NCBI GenBank assembly: GCA_963836515.1
Contig: CAWIJX010000006.1
Span: 324,809-388,808 of the forward strand
DNA: 64,000 nucleotides
Source of the DNA: an uncultured Phycisphaerales bacterium
GTDB lineage: Bacteria > Planctomycetota > Phycisphaerae > Tepidisphaerales > Tepidisphaeraceae
Direction: 5' to 3'
The notes beneath the pieces were generated by a model. It was given only the letters and a program-made list of their open reading frames with translations. It did no database searches and was not told where the DNA came from. The position numbers and the translations under genes are program-made. Positions 10,076 to 17,015 of this stretch are shown piece after piece. Numbering within the stretch: position 1 is the stretch's first letter; each line of letters starts with the position of its first letter.

Positions 10076-10111
10076 TTCTGATTTCAGATTTCAGATTTCT
10101 GATTGCAGATT
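10076..10111. repeat. tandem heptamer (C/T)AGATTT / GATTTCA array, locus A
   Basis: 'tctgatttcagatttcagatttctgattgcagattt'. The same heptamer arrays occur at 12514-12545 and, reverse-complemented, at 37436-37486. Confidence 0.8.
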
Positions 10112-10116
10112 TGGAG

Positions 10117-10143
10117 TGCGGAGATTTATCTCCGCTTTGTTTT
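10117..10143 (+). terminator. intrinsic terminator, plus strand (gcggaga-ttta-tctccgc followed by TTTGTTTTT)
   Basis: 7-bp stem, 4-nt loop and T-rich tail, seen directly. Confidence 0.55.
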
Positions 10144-10159
10144 TCGATGCCAGCGCAAG

Positions 10160-10193
10160 CATCGAAAACAAAGCGGGGACAAGTTCCCGCACT
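10160..10193 (-). terminator. intrinsic terminator, minus strand, for the TPR gene (gcgggaacttgtccccgc followed by TTTGTTTT), part of nested hairpins at 10112-10193
   Basis: Outer stem ggagtgcgg/ccgcactcc; inner 13-bp stem ttgtttttcgatgc/gcatcgaaaacaa. Lies 10 nt past the TPR stop at 10203. Confidence 0.5.
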
Positions 10194-10202
10194 CCGAAAT
10201 CA

Positions 10203-11618
10203 CTACTCGCCCTTGGCCGCGGTGCGCAATCGCTTGATGCGCTGCTGCACGTCGCCGTAGGTGAACTCCCACTGGGCCACCTGGCTGTAGCGCTTCAGCG
10301 CCATTTCCATGTTGCTCTTGGCCTCGAAGGCACGACCCTGCCAGTAGAACATCAGTCTCGAGCGGTCATCGCCCTTGATCTGATATTCCTCAATAAGGCT
10401 GCCAAGCGTCTCGACGGCCTCATCAATGTAGCCATCCTCGAGGAACGCCCGGCCCAGCCCGATCATCGCATCGTTCTTGAGCTTGGGATCGTTCTTGGCC
10501 TGCTGGAACAGCGAGATCGCCTCGTTGAACTGCTTGAGCGCGAACAAGCGCTGCGCCACCTCGAATTTCAACGACATGTCCGTCGGGTATTTCTCGGTGG
10601 CAAGCTGGTATTCGCTCAGCTCGAACTCAAGTTGTTGCTGGACGAACTGCTGGTGGTCTTCACGCAGGCGCTCGTCCTTGGGATTCTTCGCCAGCTCGGC
10701 GCGCATGGCCCGCTCGCTGCGCGAAAGCTGCTTCATCTGGATCTTCCCAACGCGCAAGCGATACGGGAACTGGTTGCTGCGCTTGTACGCTTCCTCCAGC
10801 AACTCGATGGCGCGGTTCTCGTGCTCGAGCTCCTCGGTTCTCAGCAGCGACTCGACCAGGCGATTCAGCTTGGCCATGTCGTTGGGATCGGTCTTGAAGT
10901 CGGCCTCGGCGTCGATGATGGCCTTCTGAAGCACATCGATGCTGACAACGTCCTTCTGTTTCTTAAGCAGGTCTTCCTGTTCATCCTTGTTGGCCATCGT
11001 CGTGCGGAAATTTCCGCCCGCCATATAGCCGGCGCCATACATGGTTTCGCTGGCGCTGATGTTCTTCAGCTCCGTCAACAGGTCCATGTCCTGCGGCCGA
11101 ATGCGCACGGCATGCTGGCACGCTTCGGTGGCCAGCTTCCACTGCTCGATGTCCTTGTAAATGTCCTTGAGGATGACGTACTTGCTGACATCGGGGTTCT
11201 TGGCGTCGTCGTTGCATTTCAGCAGGATCGGCCCGATCCACAGCACCGTGTCATAGAACCCGGCTTTGTGGGCTGCCTGGATCAACCCCGCCATGTTGTC
11301 GCAATTGCCAGGGTCGTAAGACAGAAGCTTCTCATAATTGACCATGTTCTGCTTGTCGTCTTTGGTGGCACGCCGAAGGCGCATTTTGTCGAACATGCCC
11401 AAATCTTTACCGCCGCTGGCCTTGCGCCGCATGGCGATGTCCCGCAGCGCCACATGCGCTTCCACCGCATCGGGATCGATGCTCAGCCCGTTGAGATACA
11501 TCTCGATGGCGTAATCGTACTGCCCCGTGTCGCCAACAGTCTTTCCCTGGTCGAAGAAACGCTTGGCCTTGGCCTGATCCTCGGGGGGAATTCCGCGATA
11601 ACCTTTTGCTACTGTCAT
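10203..11618 (-). CDS. tetratricopeptide-repeat protein
   Basis: ORF 10203..11990. Likely start is ATG 11618 ('MTVAKGYRGIPPEDQAKAKRFFDQGK'). TPR-like helical repeats run throughout. Confidence 0.7.
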   Translation of the reverse strand: MTVAKGYRGIPPEDQAKAKRFFDQGKTVGDTGQYDYAIEMYLNGLSIDPDAVEAHVALRDIAMRRKASGGKDLGMFDKMRLRRATKDDKQNMVNYEKLLSYDPGNCDNMAGLIQAAHKAGFYDTVLWIGPILLKCNDDAKNPDVSKYVILKDIYKDIEQWKLATEACQHAVRIRPQDMDLLTELKNISASETMYGAGYMAGGNFRTTMANKDEQEDLLKKQKDVVSIDVLQKAIIDAEADFKTDPNDMAKLNRLVESLLRTEELEHENRAIELLEEAYKRSNQFPYRLRVGKIQMKQLSRSERAMRAELAKNPKDERLREDHQQFVQQQLEFELSEYQLATEKYPTDMSLKFEVAQRLFALKQFNEAISLFQQAKNDPKLKNDAMIGLGRAFLEDGYIDEAVETLGSLIEEYQIKGDDRSRLMFYWQGRAFEAKSNMEMALKRYSQVAQWEFTYGDVQQRIKRLRTAAKGE

Positions 11619-11628
11619 GGGTGTCGTC

Positions 11629-11664
11629 AAAAAAAAGCCCGGCCCATCGTCCGTGGCCGGCGGC
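11629..11664 (-). terminator. terminator-like hairpin plus T8 run on the minus strand, ending 12 nt upstream of the TPR start codon
   Basis: Minus strand reads 'gccgccggccacggacgatgggccgggcTTTTTTTTgacgacacccATG'. Confidence 0.4.
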
Positions 11665-11790
11665 CACGATAACGATTCCATCATCTTATCCGTACTGGAG
11701 CAAACGCCAAGGGTTGAAGGTGACAAAAGCTCGCCTTGAATGATGCTGCCCCGTGCCCTAATGTTGTGCGGACGATTCTCAAGGCACGGA

Positions 11791-12336
11791 ATGTACGAGG
11801 ACTTGCGCATTATCAAGTGGCCGGACCCGCGGTTGGTCAAGACAAGCCAGCCCGTCGAACGATTCGATGAGAATCTGGCGGCGCTGGTCAAGCGCATGCT
11901 CGATCTCATGCGCGAGTACCGGGGGGTCGGGCTGGCCGCGCCACAGGTGGGCCTGAGTATCCGGCTGTTTGTGATGAATCCCACGGGCAAACCCGAGGAT
12001 GACCTGATCTACGTGAATCCGGTGCTGAAAGATCCAAATGGGGAGGAAGAGAGCGAGGAGGGGTGCCTGAGCCTGCCGGACATCAACATCAAGGTGATGC
12101 GAAGCAAGTCGATCACACTGGTTGGGCAGGACATCAAGGGCCAGCCGACCGAACGGCGCGAGACGGGGTATCTGGCGCGAATCTGGCAGCACGAGACCGA
12201 TCACCTCGATGGCACGCTGCTCACCGACAAGATGGGCCCGCTGGCGAAGCTGGCCAATCGCAAGACGCTCAAGGAACTGGAGGAGAAATACTACGAGGAG
12301 CACCCCGAGGCGAAGCGGCCGAAGAAGAAAAGGTAG
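11791..12336 (+). CDS. def: peptide deformylase
   Basis: 'GVGLAAPQVG', 'EGCLSLP' and 'HETDHLDG' motifs. Start ATG 11791 ('MYEDLRIIKWPDPRL'). Confidence 0.9.
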   Translation: MYEDLRIIKWPDPRLVKTSQPVERFDENLAALVKRMLDLMREYRGVGLAAPQVGLSIRLFVMNPTGKPEDDLIYVNPVLKDPNGEEESEEGCLSLPDINIKVMRSKSITLVGQDIKGQPTERRETGYLARIWQHETDHLDGTLLTDKMGPLAKLANRKTLKELEEKYYEEHPEAKRPKKKR

Positions 12337-12513
12337 CCTGGGGCCGCGGCGGCGCGGGCGAGGCAGAAATGGGTTCGTTCCGCAGCGGAGAGTGCGTGGG
12401 AGCGGGAGTCGGATCTGCAAGCTCTGGCGCGGCGGGAGGTTGTGGGCTTGGGGCGGGGGGATCGGTGGGTTCGTCCGCTCACGTTCACCACCGAGGCGCG
12501 GAGACACGGAGGG

Positions 12514-12545
12514 GATTTCAGATTTCAGGATTTCAGATTTCAGAG
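12514..12545. repeat. tandem heptamer GATTTCA array, locus B
   Basis: 'gatttcagatttcaggatttcagatttcag', inside a ~2-kb stretch (12340-14340) with no convincing ORF. Confidence 0.8.
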
Positions 12546-14350
12546 AAGATTCGGGATTTGGGGTTTCGGGGTCGGCGGTGAGGATGGGGTTGAGGAGGAT
12601 CATTTGATCACTCTGACGGCGGGAGGTTCCAGGGAGGTCTGCCATAAACGGGCTCCAGTTGGGGGTTTACAGATCCGATGGCATCAACGCATTTAGATTC
12701 GTCCTGGAAAAAGCGGGCATGAAGTGGCCCCGGGGCGCGCACAAAGCGACCCCAAAGCGGCCCCGGGCCGGCACTGAGGCGGCACGAAAGGGCGCTGAAG
12801 CGGCCCCTGTTGGCGGGAGAGGCGGCAGCCCGGCGGGGCGAAGGTCATACGTCGTCGGCGAAGTTTTGTGCGCATGATGGCTCCTTGCGGGGTGCCTCGC
12901 TCTATGGTTGAGGCCACAGGGCGATGGATGCGCCCTTCAATATTCCCGTCGTCGCTGCGCAAATCGGTTTGCGTGAGCGCAACGTGGCGCAACACGGTGG
13001 GGTATCTCGCGGGGAAAGCGAGGGATCTGGCGTGTGGGCCAGCCGATCTGCGCAGCGCGCGTGTGAGGGGTCTGAGCCGGGCATGCCGTGGGCGCGGGGT
13101 TTGCTTTGGAAGCTGAGTGCGATGGCCAAAGGGGCGGAGAGAAGGAGGTGAACCGGATTTGCCTGATCCGGTTGCCAGGTTGCCAGGGGGCAGCTTCGCA
13201 GGAGGCGATGGCGGGCAGCATGGGCGGCACGGCGCAGCGCCGGCGATGGATCGGACGCTGTGGCCGCGCGGCCGGCCCAGGGCGGTGGCGGAGGAGGTGA
13301 TTTGGTCGCGGTAGGGACCGCCCTTGCGGGCGGCCCCCCGCACAGATCCGTACGTGCAGCATTACCGCATACGGCTCTTACCTCGGGTGTTTGGCGTGGA
13401 ATCGCACGTTGGGATAAGGATGCAGGATCTTGGGTCGGGGGAGCCATCGGGCCTCCAGCTTCGCGAATCGGTCCCAGGGCATACGATGCTTCTGACTCCG
13501 TCCGCGTAAGGCGAGTAGGCCACTTCACGCACGCGTAGCAGTCCGGGCGACACAACATCCCGGCTCTGAGTCCGGATTGTGGCGGCCTGCTCCGCGTTCC
13601 CTTCAGTTGACCGCCTTCCCTCCGCCTCATCCCGTTGCGCCTGCTGACGTCGCCGGGTGGCGTTGATCCGCTCCCAGAAAGTCCAGAAGGTCTCCTTCTG
13701 GTTCGCGGACTTCTCAGGTACTACGCGGTCATCCGACTTCCCGCACCCGTTCACGTCGCACGTGGGGTCATCGACCTTCTGCGACCGGCCCGTCGCGCCA
13801 TCTTCTGCGGCGGGCAGTTGCGGGATCTCCCGGTTCCCGTGCGAGGAGTTTCCACACGTGCTCAGGGTCTGCGACCGCGCAGGATCGGGCTCAGCCTCGC
13901 CTTGATCGGCTGCCCCGTGTGGCCTTCCGCATATGATTACTGCGTCGGCGCTCCTGGAGATGGGTATTTCGCGGCTCAATGGCTGGCCCGTGTGTGCCCC
14001 TGTCAACGCTTCGCCGCCGGCCTTGCGGCCGTCAACGCATGACTCGCTCTTCGGTGCGGCTGGCTATGCCTTCACCGTGTGACTCTTGCATTCACAACTC
14101 CTCGCCGGTCTTCCCGGCGCACAATCATGGCCCCTTTTCTGAATTCCGACGCCTGGTCCGCTGAACTCCGACCGCGCACGGCGTGAGCCAGCGCCGGAAT
14201 AATTATTTACGTCCCCTTTGTAGCTCCCGAGTGATTCACCAGGTTCGTCAAGAGACCTTACAGGCACCACCGCTGTCGGGAGGTTATAATGTGGCTGTTG
14301 CGGCAAGCGCGCAGACCGACGGGTTGACCATTGCATTAAGGAGTTGTCAC

Positions 14351-14755
14351 ATGGTAAACATTCCGAAGCACGTCCAGGAGTTTCTGCCGGGCAAACTGGG
14401 CTGGGTTGCCACGGCCAGCAAGAGCGGCAAGCCCAACGCCACGCCAAAGGGCACGCTCAAGGTTCTCGACGATCAGCATGTGATCTTCGCCGACCTGTTC
14501 TCCCTCAAGACCCGCCAGAACCTCCAGGAGAATCCCCAGGTGGCCGTGACGGTCATCGACCCGCCAACTGCCAAAGGTTACCAGATCAAGGGGCGGGCGG
14601 AGATGCTCACCTCCGGGCCGATCTTTGAGGACATGGCCAAGCAGCTCAAAGGCTCACCCAAGGGCCTCCCGCCGCTGCAATACCTGGTCAAGATCACGGT
14701 GGAAGCGGTCTACGACCAGTCGGTCGGCCCCGAGGCGGGCAAGAAGATCGCCTGA
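14351..14755 (+). CDS. pyridoxamine 5'-phosphate oxidase-like FMN-binding protein
   Basis: ATG 14351 preceded by AAGGAG. 'LPGKLGWVATASKSGKPNATPKG...FADLFS' matches the PNPOx split-barrel family. Confidence 0.75.
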   Translation: MVNIPKHVQEFLPGKLGWVATASKSGKPNATPKGTLKVLDDQHVIFADLFSLKTRQNLQENPQVAVTVIDPPTAKGYQIKGRAEMLTSGPIFEDMAKQLKGSPKGLPPLQYLVKITVEAVYDQSVGPEAGKKIA

Positions 14756-14841
14756 GTAGCGGCCCCGCCCGCTGACTGAATGGATACGGAAACGACGTGG
14801 CTCCCGCGTTGGCGGGGTTGCGCATGTGATGGAACGACAAC

Positions 14842-15135
14842 ATGAGCGCCGAAGTCTTGGGTATCAGTGGTAGTCCGATTCCGAACAGCAATATGAACCG
14901 GGCCGTCCGATGTGTGCTGGAGGCAACCGGGCTGACCACGGCGTTCGTCAAACTGAGCAACCTGCGGATGGAGCCATGTAGGGGCTGCCTGGGGTGCAAG
15001 GATACTAACCAGTGTGTCGTGCGCGACGATGGCCGGGCCCTCGCCCAGCAGTTCCGTGCGGCCAAGGTGTTTGTGCTGGGGGCCTACACTCCCTACAGCA
15101 GCCTCGATGCCCGGAGCAAGACGTTTATGGAGCGG
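14842..15135 (+). pseudogene. iron-sulfur flavoprotein / NADPH-dependent FMN reductase-like gene, 3'-truncated at a tandem repeat
   Basis: 'MSAEVLGISGSPIPNSNMNRAV...CRGCLGCKDTNQCVVRDD...VFVLGAYTPYSS' covers about 95 aa of an expected ~190. The ORF then runs into the 16-bp tandem repeat. Confidence 0.5.
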
Positions 15136-15187
15136 AAGTCGCAAAAGTGTCAAAGTCGCAAAAGTGTCAAAGTCGCAAAAGTGTCAG
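15136..15187. repeat. 16-bp direct tandem repeat x3 (AAGTCGCAAAAGTGTC)
   Basis: Seen directly. Sits between the truncated flavoprotein gene and the RAYT pseudogene. Confidence 0.85.
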
Positions 15188-15695
15188 GAACCGTTTTCTC
15201 CTGAAGTAGCCATCGCCGACGCCTTGCTTGGCCGGCCCAGCGGCCGCAAGGTGATCTCCAGCCCGAGTTCCCGGCACACACGTCTCTGCCATCGCTCCTC
15301 GCCAAAGGGCCGGCCGCAGGCGATGCTCTGCCTGAGGCGATCCAACTCCGCCTTCGTCTGGGGCTCGTTGACCCATTCCAGCCAGTCCTCCCGCCGCGGC
15401 AGCGGGCCGGGGGACGGTTGCAGCAGCTTCGGCTCGCGCCCGCAGAGGCTTGCCCATGGCCAGTCTTCGGCCCGCGACACGAGATTCGCGCGCAGGGCGT
15501 TACGCTCGACGTAGCGGCACACGGTGAAGTAGTGGCCATCAGCAGGCGCATGGCGAAGCGATCCACGCCCTCGGCCAGAATGCGGATGAATGCGTCATAG
15601 TCGCCGGGGTCGTCGAAGATGGCGTCTCGTGCGTTGGCGCGGTTGAGCACATGGTAGATTAACCCGCCGACGGAGCAGCGTGCCGGGCGTCCCAT
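15184..15695 (-). pseudogene. REP-associated tyrosine transposase (RAYT; IS200/IS605-family TnpA), decayed by an internal deletion and frameshift
   Basis: N-terminal piece 'LIYHVLNRANARDAIFDDPGDYDAFIRILAEGVDRFAMRLL' (ORF 15150..15731). C-terminal piece 'DGHYFTVCRYVERNALRANLVSRAEDWPWASL...' (ORF 15184..15522). The HVHLL motif and catalytic Tyr region between them are missing. Confidence 0.6.
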
Positions 15696-15808
15696 GGCAG
15701 CACGATAACGTAATCGGCGGGTCGGAGTCAAGGATTGGTCGCGGTAATGGTTCCTGACACCTTTATGCTACTTTATGCTACCCAGGCATCATGCCTGCCG
15801 ATCCGGGC

Positions 15809-16885
15809 CTACACACAAGCCATTCCGCCAGTGAGGGCACTGGCGGCACAAACCAGCCAGTCGCGCACAGAATCGCAGCAGTCCCGCGCATTGGTAGTCG
15901 GGACAAGATCGCCATCCCGCAATTCCGCCAGGCTGGGGAGCTTGCCATAGACTCCGCCACGAACCGCCGGGCCGGCGAAGAACGCGACCCCCGCGGTGCC
16001 GTGATCGGTGCCGGCCGAGCCGTTCTCGCGCAGCCGCCGGCCAAATTCGCTGAAGATCATCACCATGACACTGCCGTCGGCTCGCGCCGATCGCAGCCGG
16101 GCCAAGAAGCCCCCGACAGCCTCTGAGAGCTCCGAGAGCAACTGCGCGTGGGCCTGCGCCTGGTGGGCGTGCGTGTCAAATCCCGACAAGGATGCGTGGA
16201 AGCAGTGCGACGAGCAGCGGGAGATGATCGCGTCGGAAAAGTTGACCAGTGCGCTGGCTAATGATGGCGCGGGGAGCTGCGCGGCTCGCGCAGCGCCGCC
16301 TTGGAACATCTGCGGACATTCCTCGCCTGCATAGACCATGGGTGGCATGCCCACGCCCGGCGCTGTTGACTGTGCTTCGCCGCGGGAGCTTGCTCGCCGG
16401 GCGTGGGCATGCTGAGCGTCCATTGTGCGTCCCACGCGCATGCCCACGCCGGCCGAACCCAGTTCCTTCGGCAGATGGAGATCTCTCGCGGCCGGCGTGG
16501 GCATGCCACCCAGCGCGGTATGCCAGATCGCGCGGTTCCCCGAGTGGCTGCGATCGGGGCCGATGTGGCCCACGCCCTGCACGATCGCGAGCTGCCCACG
16601 ACGGTAAAGACTGTGGATCGATGCCATGGCCGGATGAAGCGCCGTGCGATCGTCGAGCATCAGGGCCTGCGCGGGCGGAATCGCCAGCGTGGGACGATTG
16701 CTGAAATAGAGCTCATCGCGGACGGGAATGACGGTGTTGAGCGCGTCGTTGCCGCCGGCCAGCTCGATCAGCACAAGATGGCGGCCGGTGGATGCCCGGT
16801 CGGCACCGCGGCCTACGCGCGGCAAGAGGGCCGAGGCGGCAAGGATCGAGCTTGTGCCAAGAAAGTGACGACGTGAGAGGATCAT
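15809..16885 (-). CDS. DUF1501 domain protein (sulfatase-like, Tat signal)
   Basis: 'MILSRRHFLG' Tat motif; 'LVLIELAGGNDALNTVIPV', 'GFDTHAHQ' and 'SEFGRRLRENGSAGTDHG' DUF1501 hallmarks. Confidence 0.8.
   Translation of the reverse strand: MILSRRHFLGTSSILAASALLPRVGRGADRASTGRHLVLIELAGGNDALNTVIPVRDELYFSNRPTLAIPPAQALMLDDRTALHPAMASIHSLYRRGQLAIVQGVGHIGPDRSHSGNRAIWHTALGGMPTPAARDLHLPKELGSAGVGMRVGRTMDAQHAHARRASSRGEAQSTAPGVGMPPMVYAGEECPQMFQGGAARAAQLPAPSLASALVNFSDAIISRCSSHCFHASLSGFDTHAHQAQAHAQLLSELSEAVGGFLARLRSARADGSVMVMIFSEFGRRLRENGSAGTDHGTAGVAFFAGPAVRGGVYGKLPSLAELRDGDLVPTTNARDCCDSVRDWLVCAASALTGGMACV
16343..16507. repeat. four copies of a 16-17-nt palindromic unit GCATGCCCACGCC(C)GG in alternating orientation (REP/BIME-like) inside the DUF1501 coding sequence
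   Basis: Copies at 16343-16364 (+), 16396-16413 (-), 16434-16453 (+) and 16490-16507 (-), about 700 bp from the RAYT pseudogene. Confidence 0.6.
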
Positions 16886-17015
16886 GAGACACTCCTATAG
16901 CCGGGATTACTATAGCAAACAACAGTCGCGCACGCCTGCTGTAGAGAAAGCTGACCGAACGTTTCTTTTCACACCACGGCGGCCGGCACGCCGGCCGCCG
17001 GGAGGAGAGACGCCT

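Noticed and set aside
13670-13710. RNase P RNA P4-like 'agaaagtccag'
   Set aside because: The consensus is AGGAAAGUCCGGGCUCC, and only 'aaagtcc' matches. The surrounding sequence forms a simple unrelated hairpin (ccagaagg/ccttctgg).
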